DNA of 64,000 nt from Alphaproteobacteria bacterium (GTDB taxonomy: Bacteria > Pseudomonadota > Alphaproteobacteria > Rs-D84), in contig JAFGMC010000011.1 of the NCBI GenBank assembly GCA_016927735.1, forward strand, positions 2,320 through 66,319, read 5' to 3'. The stretch's first letter is position 1; each line of letters starts with the position of its first letter. A program made the position numbers and the translations under genes. Below, one piece after another: positions 26,232 through 35,891 of this stretch. The notes beneath the pieces are model-generated. The model was not told the origin of the DNA, ran no database searches, and saw nothing but the letters and a program-made list of their open reading frames with translations.

Positions 26232-27194
26232 ATGAAAAAGAATCAATATTGGGCTGATGATAATAATTTTGGGGATGCTTTGAATCCTTATATTCAGCGT
26301 GCATTCGGAATAAAGTCTAAATGTTGCCCCGCTGAATATGCTGATTTAATTGGTATTGGTTCTTCAATGGAAAGATTACTGGCTAATTCTTTGGTCACTG
26401 ATTACATTATTCAAAAAACTATTGAAGTATGGTCCACTGGGTTTCATTTTCCTATTGGTGAACATAAGTGGTATAAAGATATTGTTTTCCCAGAAAGATT
26501 TGCAAGAAATGTTAATATAAATGCACTCAGGGGTAAGCTTTCTTTGGAAAGGACAGAAAATGCAATGGGGATAAAATTAGAAAACATTGCGTTGGGTGAC
26601 GGCGCCTTGTTAATTAATAAAATATTCAAGCCTGCTAAGAATAAAAAATATAGGTTGGGTATCGTTGGACATATGACGGAAAAAGACAACCCAATATTCA
26701 AAAATATAAACAAAAGAATAGGTAAAAGTATAATTCTTGATATTTTTGATACACCGGATAAATTCATAAAAAAATTGACCCAGTGCGAGGCTATAATTTC
26801 TACAGCACTTCATCCTTTGGTTGTTGCAGACAGTTATAATATTCCTAATTTATGGATAAATTTATCCAAAGACAGTAAAATATCTATGTATAAGTTTACA
26901 GATTATTACTCTGTATTTGGTCTTGATGCTAATTATTTTGATCTTAATGAACGTGAATTTACTGAAAAAGATTTAGAATTATTGAAGAAAAATTATCCTG
27001 TAAAAAAAGAAGATGTTTTAAAGATACAGGAAAAATTGATAGGGGCTCATCCTTTTAGTCACACGGTCAGTAAAATAACATTCCTACAAATTATGTATTT
27101 AAATTCCAGAAGAATTATGAAGGCGTTATACAGAATGATTCCAAACAGAAAAATTAAAAATAGATTAAGAAAACAATATAAAATAATAATTTAA
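26232..27194 (+). CDS. Polysaccharide pyruvyl transferase family protein (ExoV/CsaB-like)
   Basis: The N-terminus YWADDNNFGDALNPYIQRAF matches the ExoV-type signature (Y-x-x-x-x-N-F-G-D-x-L-N-P-x-L). The later IISTALHPLVVADSYNIP fits the family's C-terminal S-x-R-L-H block loosely. Confidence 0.6.
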   Translation: MKKNQYWADDNNFGDALNPYIQRAFGIKSKCCPAEYADLIGIGSSMERLLANSLVTDYIIQKTIEVWSTGFHFPIGEHKWYKDIVFPERFARNVNINALRGKLSLERTENAMGIKLENIALGDGALLINKIFKPAKNKKYRLGIVGHMTEKDNPIFKNINKRIGKSIILDIFDTPDKFIKKLTQCEAIISTALHPLVVADSYNIPNLWINLSKDSKISMYKFTDYYSVFGLDANYFDLNEREFTEKDLELLKKNYPVKKEDVLKIQEKLIGAHPFSHTVSKITFLQIMYLNSRRIMKALYRMIPNRKIKNRLRKQYKIII

Positions 27195-27264
27195 AAATAA
27201 TTTATTATTTTAAAAAATAACAGGTATATAATATGGATTAAGTGTTCAACAAAGGAGAACCATT

Positions 27265-27852
27265 ATGAAAAAATTATCTTTTATTTTATTGTCATCAATA
27301 TTATGTATCGGGTTTGCAAACGCAGCCGAGACAAAACCACAAGGTCCAAAAGATGGAATGGGACCGGGTATGTTCGAAGAAAATATGACCACAGAACAAA
27401 AGGCTTGTTTCCAGGAAAAATCTGTTGCCTGTCCAGAGGTTAAGGCAATGGTAATGGAAAAAATTGCCGAGAAGAAAATGGAACAATCTGCTGATGATAA
27501 AAAAGTTGTTTCACGTGATAAAAATGAAATTAGCGAAGAAGAGAAAGTAAAACTCCAAGAAGCTCATAAATGCAGAATGCAAGCAATGAAAGATTGTGGT
27601 GTTGATACCAGTGCTTTTGAAGAAAGATTAAAAAATGGTCCAATGGGGGATGGGGAACAAAACGGTAATCAATATAAGAACGCCGAAAAAAACGAAAACG
27701 GTTATCAATATAAAAACAGTGACCAATATAAAAATTCCGAAAGCTATCAATACAAGAATACCAACCAGTACAAAAATAATGACCAATATCAAAATACCAA
27801 CCAATACCAAAACGTTCAAATGGGTGGCGGTCAACGTGGTGGCAAACGCTAG
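27265..27852 (+). CDS. Secreted low-complexity protein with C-terminal (N/S/T)-x-(Q/Y)-Y-(K/Q)-N repeats
   Basis: Signal peptide MKKLSFILLSSILCIGFANA|A. The C-terminus is GNQYKNAEKNENGYQYKNSDQYKNSESYQYKNTNQYKNNDQYQNTNQYQNVQMGGGQRGGKR. Confidence 0.65.
   Translation: MKKLSFILLSSILCIGFANAAETKPQGPKDGMGPGMFEENMTTEQKACFQEKSVACPEVKAMVMEKIAEKKMEQSADDKKVVSRDKNEISEEEKVKLQEAHKCRMQAMKDCGVDTSAFEERLKNGPMGDGEQNGNQYKNAEKNENGYQYKNSDQYKNSESYQYKNTNQYKNNDQYQNTNQYQNVQMGGGQRGGKR
27661..27822 (+). repeat. In-frame degenerate tandem repeat (about 18-nt unit) encoding QYKN repeats
   Basis: Repeated CAATATAA(A/G)AA / CAATACAAGAA / CAGTACAAAAA units are visible in the DNA. The repeats also create long spurious ORFs in other frames (27628..27870, 27635..27913). 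Confidence 0.75.
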
Positions 27853-27876
27853 AACAATTTGTATAACCATTAATAA

Positions 27877-27908
27877 TAAAAATGCAGCATTTTGCTGCGT
27901 TTTTTTTA
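27877..27908 (+). terminator. Intrinsic terminator
   Basis: GCAGCA-TTT-TGCTGC followed by GTTTTTTTT. Confidence 0.7.
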
Positions 27909-27987
27909 ATTAAATAATATTATACTGACTTTATTGATAAATTTTTCATCAAGTGCTATAATAACATGAATAATATAAAGGCATAAA

Positions 27988-28362
27988 GTGTATAGAATAT
28001 TTATGTATATAGAATTCACTGCCTCACCAATTGTGTGGTGTAAGAATAAAATTGTTAATAAAGGAGATCGGGGTAATTTTTGGTTTACCGATAAATTCTG
28101 CAAAATATCGGAAGAAATTAAAGATGATACTATCAAAGAAATTTGTCCGGTTACAAAACATATTGTAACAAACTATCCTAATACAATAATAGATATCCAA
28201 GATTCTGGTTGTAGAAAGCAGATAGATATAAAAATCAAATCATTTGTTAAGAAATTTCAACATATAAAATCAAGTGAACAAAAAACTGAAAATATGATTA
28301 AAAAATCCAGAAAAGAAATATGTCAAATTTGCTGGAAATGCAAAAATTCCAGAGAAATTTAA
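27988..28362 (+). CDS. Hypothetical Cys-containing protein
   Basis: 124-aa ORF followed by a terminator. The C-terminus has ICQICWKCKN. No family was recognised and the start is uncertain. Confidence 0.35.
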   Translation: MYRIFMYIEFTASPIVWCKNKIVNKGDRGNFWFTDKFCKISEEIKDDTIKEICPVTKHIVTNYPNTIIDIQDSGCRKQIDIKIKSFVKKFQHIKSSEQKTENMIKKSRKEICQICWKCKNSREI

Positions 28363-28363
28363 A

Positions 28364-28390
28364 TAAAACCGCCCAAATGGGCGGTTTTAT
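28364..28390. terminator. Bidirectional intrinsic terminator
   Basis: ACCGCCC-AAAT-GGGCGGT with a flanking A-run and T-run, located between 28362 and the groEL stop at 28405. Confidence 0.75.
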
Positions 28391-28404
28391 TAGTTTGTGA
28401 TTTT

Positions 28405-30021
28405 TTACATCATTCCTGGTATGCCGCCACCCATTGCTGGGGTTGGTTTATCCTCGGGGATTTCGGACATTACACAACCAGTTGTCAGCAGAACACCTGC
28501 GGTGCTGCTGGCCGCCTGCAGGGCGGTTTTAACAACCTTGGCTGGGTCAATAATTCCCGCCGCCATCATGTCAACATATTCCCCACGCTGTGCGTCGTAC
28601 CCAAAGTTATAATCTTTGTTTTCCAACACCTTGCCTACAACTATTTCACCAGAAACACCCGCATTATCTGCAATCTGTGAACATGGTGATGTTAATGCGC
28701 GGCGTACGATATCAATTCCAACATTTTGATCAGCGTTGTTGCCTTTTAATTTTTCCAATGCCGCAATCGCGCGCAGCAATGCAATTCCACCACCGGCAAC
28801 GATACCCTCGGCCACGGCGGCACGTGTCGCCGCCAATGCATCATCAACGCGGTCTTTCTTTTCTTTAACTTCAACCTCGGTCATGCCGCCAACCTTGATA
28901 ACCGCGACGCCACCAACCAATTTTGCCAAACGTTCTGACAATTTTTCTTTGTCGTATTCGGATGTTGTGGTTGCCAAAGTTTTGCGTATTTCATCAGCGC
29001 GCGCATCAATTGCTTTTTTATCGCCCGCACCATTTACCAACAGCGTTGTATCTTTGCCGACAACAACTTTCTTGGCACTGCCCAATACAGCCGGTGTAAT
29101 ATTTTCAAATGTCATTCCCATATCATCGGAAATAACGGTCGCGCCCGTCACAATTGCAATGTCGCGTAACATTTCTTTGCGTCTGTCGCCAAAGCCTGGG
29201 GCCTTGACAGCGCATACTTTCAATCCACCACGCAAACGGTTCAGTACCAATGTTGCCAATGCTTCGGATTCTACATCGTCTGCAATAATCAACAATGGGC
29301 GACCGCTTTGTGCAATCGGTTCCAGAATTGGCAGCAATGCCTGTAACCCGGTAATTTTCTTTTCAGATACCAATACTTGTGCATTTTCTAATTCTGCCAG
29401 CATTTTTTCACTGTTGGTCACAAAGTATGGTGACATAAATCCATGGTCAAATTGCATTCCTTCGACAACGTCAATTTCTGTTTCCAGACCCTTGGCCTCT
29501 TCAACAGTAATCACACCTTCTTTGCCAACGCGTTCCATTGAATGTGCAATTTTTTCACCGATGTCAGAATCACCATTTGCAGAAATTGTCGCAACCTGTG
29601 CAATTTCAGAACTGTCCTTGACCGGGCGTGCATGCTTTTCAATATCAGCAACAACCGCATTAACCGCAATGTCAATTCCGCGACGGACATCCATAGGATT
29701 CATACCGGCCGCGATAACCCTGCGACCTTCTTTGATTATTTTTTGTGCCAATACGGTTGCGGTCGTTGTACCGTCACCAGCATTATCGCCGGCCTTTTTT
29801 GCAACTTCTTGAATCATGCGCGCCCCAATATTTTCTCGGGGATCTTTTAAACTAACTTCTTTGGCCACTGTGACACCGTCCTTGGTTGCAATAGGCGCAC
29901 CATAAGAACGTTCAATGACCACAGTGCGACCCTTGGGCCCCATTGTAATTTTTACCGCATTGGCCAGCTTATCAACACCAGCGGCCAGTTTATCTGTGTC
30001 AAAAACTATATCTTTTGCCAT
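28405..30021 (-). CDS. groEL: Chaperonin GroEL
   Basis: [10 protein letters not shown]..., [32 protein letters not shown] and a C-terminal Gly/Met tail MGGGIPGMM. Length is 538 aa. Confidence 0.98.
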   Translation of the reverse strand: MAKDIVFDTDKLAAGVDKLANAVKITMGPKGRTVVIERSYGAPIATKDGVTVAKEVSLKDPRENIGARMIQEVAKKAGDNAGDGTTTATVLAQKIIKEGRRVIAAGMNPMDVRRGIDIAVNAVVADIEKHARPVKDSSEIAQVATISANGDSDIGEKIAHSMERVGKEGVITVEEAKGLETEIDVVEGMQFDHGFMSPYFVTNSEKMLAELENAQVLVSEKKITGLQALLPILEPIAQSGRPLLIIADDVESEALATLVLNRLRGGLKVCAVKAPGFGDRRKEMLRDIAIVTGATVISDDMGMTFENITPAVLGSAKKVVVGKDTTLLVNGAGDKKAIDARADEIRKTLATTTSEYDKEKLSERLAKLVGGVAVIKVGGMTEVEVKEKKDRVDDALAATRAAVAEGIVAGGGIALLRAIAALEKLKGNNADQNVGIDIVRRALTSPCSQIADNAGVSGEIVVGKVLENKDYNFGYDAQRGEYVDMMAAGIIDPAKVVKTALQAASSTAGVLLTTGCVMSEIPEDKPTPAMGGGIPGMM

Positions 30022-30036
30022 TTTTAATACTCCTAA

Positions 30037-30327
30037 TTATTTTAATATTCCCAATATATCTGTCTCGCGAAGCAGGACAAAGTCTTTACCGTCCAGCTTG
30101 ATTTCATTTGCAGACGACGACCACTTTGCAAACATGACGGTATCGCCAACTTTGACAGTCATTGGTATTTTTTCGTCACCATCATACGCACCATCGCCAA
30201 TCGCGATAACTTTGCCGCGACTTGGTTTTTCTTTTGCGTTATCTGGGATAATTATCCCACTGGATGTTTTATTTTCTTCCGTTACCGGTTCCAGCAAGAC
30301 ATAATTATGTAAAGGTTTTAACATCAT
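30037..30327 (-). CDS. groES: Co-chaperonin GroES
   Basis: 96 aa. LKPLHNYVLLEPVTEENKTSSGIIIPDNAKEKPSRGKVIAIGDG contains the mobile loop and is typical of GroES. It lies 15 nt upstream of groEL. Confidence 0.97.
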   Translation of the reverse strand: MMLKPLHNYVLLEPVTEENKTSSGIIIPDNAKEKPSRGKVIAIGDGAYDGDEKIPMTVKVGDTVMFAKWSSSANEIKLDGKDFVLLRETDILGILK

Positions 30328-30439
30328 ATATTCTCCTTATTATATGCAAGTGTGATATAATGCAGCAATTTAATATTTCAAGACTTGATTTTGTATTTTT
30401 ACTATACTAATTTAAATTTTAAGAAACAAGGGGTAGATT

Positions 30440-30799
30440 ATGTACGACAATCAAAATATTTTTGCCAAAATTATCAGAAAAGAAATCCCAGCAAATATTA
30501 TATTGGAAAATGATAATGCAATCAGTCTTTATGATGTGAATCCAACTTCCAGTAAACACGCATTGGTAATTCCAAAAGGGCAATACAAAAATATATTAGA
30601 TTTTGTAAAAAATGCAAAATCACAGGAACAAGTCGATTTTTGGCAGATGTTTAATAATACAGCAGAAAAGTTGGGTCTTAATAATTTTAATATCTTGGTG
30701 AACGTTGGCGAAGGTGTTTATTTCAAGCAAAGTATTCCACATTTCCATTTGCACTTGATTGGTGGTGAAAAAATAAAAGAAATATCAGATTTAAAATGA
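30440..30799 (+). CDS. HIT-family (HinT-like) nucleotide hydrolase
   Basis: Histidine triad SIPHFHLHLIGG (HxHxHxx) and the N-terminal IFAKIIRKEIPA. Confidence 0.9.
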   Translation: MYDNQNIFAKIIRKEIPANIILENDNAISLYDVNPTSSKHALVIPKGQYKNILDFVKNAKSQEQVDFWQMFNNTAEKLGLNNFNILVNVGEGVYFKQSIPHFHLHLIGGEKIKEISDLK

Positions 30800-31011
30800 A
30801 TATAAATATTCGTGTTATTCCAAAAGCGAAATTAAATAAAATTACCGCCAAAACCGACGGTGATTTAAAAGTTCATACAACCACCGCACCAACAGATGGT
30901 AAAGCCAACGATTCTGTGATAAAGCAGCTGGCAGATTATTTCAAAGTTCCAAAATCAAAAATTAAAATTATCCGTGGTGCTAATTCACGCGACAAGGTTA
31001 TTACGTTTTAA
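30796..31011 (+). CDS. DUF167 (YggU) family protein
   Basis: APTDGKANDSVIKQLADYFKVPKSKIKIIRGANSRDKVI matches the YggU signature (P-x-x-G-x-A-N-x-x-L-x-x-x-L-A...G-x-x-S-R-x-K). Its ATGA start overlaps the HIT gene stop. Confidence 0.8.
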   Translation: MNINIRVIPKAKLNKITAKTDGDLKVHTTTAPTDGKANDSVIKQLADYFKVPKSKIKIIRGANSRDKVITF

Positions 31012-31539
31012 AATAAGACCTATCAAATCTTCGGGTGTGCTGGCAATTTGAATATCGTAATCTTTCATATCTGCAATAAAACCCTTATGTTGCATGTGTA
31101 CCAAAATACGACCAAAAATATTCCAATAATCATTAGTATTCAAAAAGAAAATTGGTTTTTTTGATTCACCGATTTGTTGCATCGTCATAATATCGGTTAA
31201 TTCATTCAATGTCCCAATTCCACCAGGTAATATGCAAAAAGCATCAGATAATTCGAACATTCTTTGCTTTCTTTCGTTTACACCGTCAACAATTTCTACA
31301 GCAACGCCTTCATGAACAGGTTCTTGCATGGCGGCAACATGATGTGTTGATACGCCAATAACATCACCACCATTTTTAATAGACGCAGTTGCAATGGTTC
31401 CCATTAAGCCAACATTTCCACCACCAAATACAAGTCTTATATTATTTTTTGCCAGTAATTCGCCGACATTTGCGGCATCACGTGCATAGTCAGGATCTGT
31501 TCCAAATTGATGACCACAATAAACCGCAATTGATTTCAT
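30985..31539 (-). CDS. LOG-family (TIGR00730) nucleotide 5'-monophosphate nucleosidase
   Basis: Contains FGGGNVGLMG and ILPGGIGTLNEL (the PGGxGTxxE motif). Confidence 0.88.
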   Translation of the reverse strand: MKSIAVYCGHQFGTDPDYARDAANVGELLAKNNIRLVFGGGNVGLMGTIATASIKNGGDVIGVSTHHVAAMQEPVHEGVAVEIVDGVNERKQRMFELSDAFCILPGGIGTLNELTDIMTMQQIGESKKPIFFLNTNDYWNIFGRILVHMQHKGFIADMKDYDIQIASTPEDLIGLILKRNNLVA

Positions 31540-31589
31540 TTTATGTTTTCCCTTTATTTTTACAAATTATAGCATAAAATAGGAAAACT

Positions 31590-32546
31590 ATGAATAAAAA
31601 CTTCGTTATTTTTATGGAAAAATATAAAGAATCCAAGATTGCGGTTGCGGTCAGTGGGGGTGCGGACTCTGTTTGTTTGCTTCATTGGTTAAAAAAAATC
31701 AAAATGGATATTGTCGCATTGCATGTGAATCATGGTTTGCGTGATGTTGCTGATGTTGAAACAAAATATGTATGTGAAATTTCTGATAAATTGAATGTAC
31801 CATGCAAAGTCTTTTACTGGCATGGCGATAAACCAGAATCTGGCTTGGAATCTGCCGCGCGCACGGCACGTTATAAATTAATGATGGATTATTGCAATGA
31901 AAACGATATCGATATATTACTGACTGCACACCAGGCAGATGATCAAATTGAAACATTTTTGATGAATCTGGGTCGGGGCAGTGGGGTTTATGGACTGGCT
32001 GCTATGCGCGCAGAATCTATTCGTGATGGTGTTAAAATTGTTCGTCCACTGTTGAAAGTGTTCAGAAGTGAACTGGAAGAATATTGCAGTAAAAATAAAA
32101 TTAAATATTTTTCTGATGAAATGAATGATGATGAAAAATATACACGTGTTAAAATTCGTAAAAATAGACATTTTTTAAATGATAAACTCGGTATTTCTGA
32201 CGAACGTATTTTATTGGCAGTTCAGAATCTGTCCAGAACACGTGAAACTCTGGATAAAATTATTGACCAACTCATGTCAGAAGTGATTAAAAAAGATTAT
32301 GCCAGATTTGAATATTCTTTTCTGTTTGACCAGCCATATGACATTAGGTTAAAGTTGCTGAGCTGTTTAATTCAAAAAATTGGGAAAAATGATTATCAAC
32401 CGCGCTTGAATTCTTTGGAATCAGCATTAGATAAGTTAAGCAGTAATTGTAAAATTACTTTATCTGGGTGTGTTATCCGAAGATTAGGTGCAGATATTTT
32501 AATTGTTCCCGAAGGCAGTACAACCAGTTTCAGAAAGAGAAAATAG
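31590..32546 (+). CDS. tilS: tRNA(Ile)-lysidine synthetase TilS
   Basis: PP-loop VAVSGGADSVCLL (SGGxDS) and TAHQADDQIETFLMNLGRGSG. It lies directly upstream of ftsH, the usual arrangement. An alternative start at Met9 is possible. Confidence 0.9.
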   Translation: MNKNFVIFMEKYKESKIAVAVSGGADSVCLLHWLKKIKMDIVALHVNHGLRDVADVETKYVCEISDKLNVPCKVFYWHGDKPESGLESAARTARYKLMMDYCNENDIDILLTAHQADDQIETFLMNLGRGSGVYGLAAMRAESIRDGVKIVRPLLKVFRSELEEYCSKNKIKYFSDEMNDDEKYTRVKIRKNRHFLNDKLGISDERILLAVQNLSRTRETLDKIIDQLMSEVIKKDYARFEYSFLFDQPYDIRLKLLSCLIQKIGKNDYQPRLNSLESALDKLSSNCKITLSGCVIRRLGADILIVPEGSTTSFRKRK

Positions 32547-32569
32547 TTTTATCATAAGGAAAGTAGGAT

Positions 32570-34471
32570 ATGGATAATAAAAATAAAAAGAAATTTTTTA
32601 GTCGCGATGGATCGTTAATATTCTTGATAATTTTTGTGTTGTTGTTTGCGGGAATTATCACACGGGTATTCGTACAAAATAATGGTATGAATATTTTAGA
32701 TAATGGTCAAATGGTTGTTAATAATGCCAAACCTATAAACCTATCTTTTTCTGATGTATTGCGCAGGGAAAAAGATATCAAGACAATGAATATTCGTGGG
32801 TCCGAGGCTACAGGGATTTTACAAGATGGGACCAAATACAAATCAACAATCGCATATGATCCAGAATTATTATCAAAATTATCTACAGCTGGTGCCAGTA
32901 TAACAATTGATAATACAAAATCTTGGGTTGATTATCTGGGAACTTGGGTTCCAATTTTAATGGGATTATTTTTTATATGGTTCATATTTCGTGGTGTCAA
33001 AGGTGCATCCAGTGGCGGTATCAGTCGCAGTTTGATTGGTCAGAATCCAACGAAAATAACAACAGGAAAAACCAAAACAACATTTGCAGATGTTGCAGGT
33101 ATTGATTCTGAAAAACAAGAATTAATGGAAGTTGTACATTTTCTTAAAAATAAAGACAAATTCAAGGCAGTTGGTGCACGCGTTCCACGTGGTATTTTAT
33201 TGTCTGGTGAACCAGGTACAGGTAAAACATTATTGGCACGTGCAATTGCAGGCGAAGCAAATGTCCCATTTTTTACCGCGTCCGGCAGTGATTTTTCTGG
33301 AATTATAGTGGGCCTGGGTGTTGCAAAAATAAAAGAATTTTTCGAAATGGCAAAACGTCATGCCCCTTGTATTTTATTTATTGATGAGATTGATGCAATT
33401 GGTCAGAAACGCAGCCAACATTCATTTAATGATCAAGATCGTGAACAAACATTAAATCAGTTGCTGATTGAAATGGACGGATTTTCAAATGAAACAGGTG
33501 TTATTATAATTGGTGCGACAAACAGACCAGATATGTTGGATCATGCTTTGTTGCGTCCGGGTCGTTTTGATCGTCAGGTATATATTGAATTACCTGATTT
33601 GTCGGGCAGACGTGAAATTTTAGATTTATATGCAAAGAAAGTAAAAATGTCTGATGATGTAAATGTTCAAGATGTTGCACGTGGTACAACTGGATTTTCT
33701 GGTGCAGATTTAGAAAATTTGTTAAACGAAGCAGCATTGCACGCCGTACGCAGTGGGCGTAACTCAGTAGCACAAGAAGACGTAGAAGAAGCACGAGACA
33801 AAATAATGATGGGCCCAAAAAAGACCCGAAAAATGCGTGCCGAAGATATTAAATTAACTGCTTATCACGAAGCGGGCCATGCGTTCGTCAGTGTTATGTA
33901 TCGCGATATAACTGATCCGATTCACAAGGCGACAATTATTCCACGTGGACGTGCATTGGGTATGGTTCAACACTTACCTATTGATGATAAAGTTTCAATG
34001 ACGGTAAAAGAATTGCGTGCGAACTTGTCGGTTTATTTGGCAGGTCGTGCAGCCGAGGCAATATTCTTTGGTAAAGATAAAATAACAACTGGTGCAGAAA
34101 GTGATATTGCTGCTGCGACCCGTATGTCCAGATATGCGATTACTGTTGCTGGTTTATCAGAAAAAATTGGTCTGGCAGCGATTAACCAGGTTATGCCATT
34201 TGGTAATCGTGCAGCGCTGGAAAATGCTTCTGAAAAAACAGCCGAAGCAGTAGATGCCGAAGTTAAATCATGGATTAATACTGCATACACAGATGCTTCT
34301 AAATTGTTGTCCAAGAATAAGGAAATTGTTCAACGTTTGGCAGAAGAATTGTTAAAACGTGAAACTTTGACTGGTGACGAAATTCAGGAAATTGTTTTGG
34401 GTAAAAAAGCAAAATTGAAAACACAAGTCAAATCAAAAGCAAGGGTAAAAAAGAATGCAAATAAGAATTGA
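32570..34471 (+). CDS. ftsH: ATP-dependent zinc metalloprotease FtsH
   Basis: Two N-terminal TM segments, Walker A GEPGTGKTLLA, Walker B ILFIDEIDA, SRH ATNRPDMLDHALLRPGRFD and the zinc motif HEAGHA. Confidence 0.97.
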   Translation: MDNKNKKKFFSRDGSLIFLIIFVLLFAGIITRVFVQNNGMNILDNGQMVVNNAKPINLSFSDVLRREKDIKTMNIRGSEATGILQDGTKYKSTIAYDPELLSKLSTAGASITIDNTKSWVDYLGTWVPILMGLFFIWFIFRGVKGASSGGISRSLIGQNPTKITTGKTKTTFADVAGIDSEKQELMEVVHFLKNKDKFKAVGARVPRGILLSGEPGTGKTLLARAIAGEANVPFFTASGSDFSGIIVGLGVAKIKEFFEMAKRHAPCILFIDEIDAIGQKRSQHSFNDQDREQTLNQLLIEMDGFSNETGVIIIGATNRPDMLDHALLRPGRFDRQVYIELPDLSGRREILDLYAKKVKMSDDVNVQDVARGTTGFSGADLENLLNEAALHAVRSGRNSVAQEDVEEARDKIMMGPKKTRKMRAEDIKLTAYHEAGHAFVSVMYRDITDPIHKATIIPRGRALGMVQHLPIDDKVSMTVKELRANLSVYLAGRAAEAIFFGKDKITTGAESDIAAATRMSRYAITVAGLSEKIGLAAINQVMPFGNRAALENASEKTAEAVDAEVKSWINTAYTDASKLLSKNKEIVQRLAEELLKRETLTGDEIQEIVLGKKAKLKTQVKSKARVKKNANKN

Positions 34472-35114
34472 GACTTTAAGAATGCCACCAAAAAGCACTA
34501 ATTCTGTATTAGTGTCTGTTGGCAACGAATGTGTAATTTTTGATGCGTGGGGAAAAGTAAGTGATTGGGATAATGCTTTAAATAATCGTGGATATAATTT
34601 ACGTGCTATATATGCTACTCATGGTCACAGTGATCATATTTCGGCTGCACCAGGTTTGGCAGAAAAATATAATGTACCATGGTATTTGAATCACAAGGAT
34701 CTTGAAATAGTATTACCAGGAAATAGTTATTTGGGATATTTTGACATCCCAGAAATTCCAGATGATTATAAAAAACCGTTGGATTTATCAGATGGTGAAA
34801 TAGAAATATTTCCAGGTTTACCAGTAAAAGTAATTGAATATCCAGGACATTCAAAAGGTTGTGTAGTATTCTATTTTTATCAGCAAGGTATATTAATTGT
34901 TGGTGATTTGATATTTCAAGAATCGTTTGGTCGTTATGATTATCCTGGGGGTGATGGTGATGAATTATTTACCAGTATAACCAGTATGTATAACAAGAAT
35001 TTTCCTGATGATACGATTGTGATTCACGGACACGGTAATGATACGACGATTAAATGGTTAAAGGAAAATAATAAATATTTTAAACAACACAGGGATTTAC
35101 CTTCCGAAGATTAA
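34455..35114 (+). CDS. MBL-fold metallo-hydrolase
   Basis: Contains ATHGHSDHI (HxHxDH) and later HGHG. It overlaps the ftsH 3' end by 17 nt. Confidence 0.8.
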   Translation: MQIRIETLRMPPKSTNSVLVSVGNECVIFDAWGKVSDWDNALNNRGYNLRAIYATHGHSDHISAAPGLAEKYNVPWYLNHKDLEIVLPGNSYLGYFDIPEIPDDYKKPLDLSDGEIEIFPGLPVKVIEYPGHSKGCVVFYFYQQGILIVGDLIFQESFGRYDYPGGDGDELFTSITSMYNKNFPDDTIVIHGHGNDTTIKWLKENNKYFKQHRDLPSED

Positions 35115-35870
35115 AACCCTTTCGATACCTGATAAATCGTCAAAGCTTTCTATAAAATTCCATCCTTGATGAACAAATATGTCACGTACATCCAGACCTT
35201 GGTCTTTACCAATTTCTAGATAAATTTTTCCACCAGGTTTTAACCATAAAGGAGAGTTTTTAGCAATAACTTCGTATGCAGCCATACCATTATTTTTCGC
35301 GTATAGTGCGATTTTTGGATCATGCTTTGCCCCTTCATTAACATTTTTATCGCCGGGCGCGATGTATGGTGGATTTGAAACAATAATATCAAATTTGCCT
35401 ATTGATAATTTTGAATTAAAATTATTTTTTATAATTTTTATTTTATCTTTCAAACCAAAATTTTTTATATTTTTTCTGGCGACGCGTACAGCAAAAAATG
35501 ATTTATCAATTCCAATTCCACTGGCGTTTGGTAAATTTTTTATAATTGATGCGACCAAACAACCTGTTCCAGTTCCAAGGTCTAAAATTTTTATTTGATT
35601 AGTTTCGTTTTTTTTATGTTCTTTTAATACAGCTTCAACCAGTGTTTCGGTGTCTGGACGTGGATCTAATGTCCATTTGTTTGTATAAAAATTCAAACCA
35701 TAAAACCATTTTTCATGAATTATTTTTGCAACAGGAACACCACGACGCAATTGTTTTGCAGCCCATAGTATTCGGAATCTAGGTAATTTTTTCCAATTTT
35801 TGATAATAATTCTTGCTGCGTTTATTCCCCCAGCATTTTTTAAAATTTCGAAAGCTTGATTTAATGTCAT
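35097..35870 (-). CDS. prmC: Release-factor glutamine N5-methyltransferase PrmC (HemK)
   Basis: SAM-binding ILDLGTGTGC and the catalytic IVSNPPYI (NPPY). Confidence 0.85.
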   Translation of the reverse strand: MTLNQAFEILKNAGGINAARIIIKNWKKLPRFRILWAAKQLRRGVPVAKIIHEKWFYGLNFYTNKWTLDPRPDTETLVEAVLKEHKKNETNQIKILDLGTGTGCLVASIIKNLPNASGIGIDKSFFAVRVARKNIKNFGLKDKIKIIKNNFNSKLSIGKFDIIVSNPPYIAPGDKNVNEGAKHDPKIALYAKNNGMAAYEVIAKNSPLWLKPGGKIYLEIGKDQGLDVRDIFVHQGWNFIESFDDLSGIERVLIFGR

Positions 35871-35891
35871 AAAGTCATTATAATCACCTTT

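Noticed and set aside
27628-27913. ORFs 27628..27870 (minus strand) and 27635..27913 (plus strand) overlapping the repeat protein gene.
   Set aside because: They are artefacts of the in-frame tandem repeat, which keeps several frames open. The signal-peptide-bearing frame (27265..27852) is the only one with gene-like features and a following terminator.
28397-30304. Long plus-strand ORFs (for example 28736..29812 at 358 aa, 29915..30304, 28590..28868) opposite groEL/groES.
   Set aside because: They are antisense shadows of the GC-richer, strongly conserved groEL/groES reading frames. Their translations are low-complexity Ser/Ala/Thr/Pro strings with no motifs.
30328-30439. Heat-shock control elements upstream of groES. 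CTTGAAA (minus strand, 30382-30376) matches a sigma32 -35 box.
   Set aside because: There is no convincing sigma32 -10 (CCCCAT-like) at the right spacing. No CIRCE inverted repeat (TTAGCACTC-N9-GAGTGCTAA) is present either. A single heptamer in AT-rich DNA is not enough.
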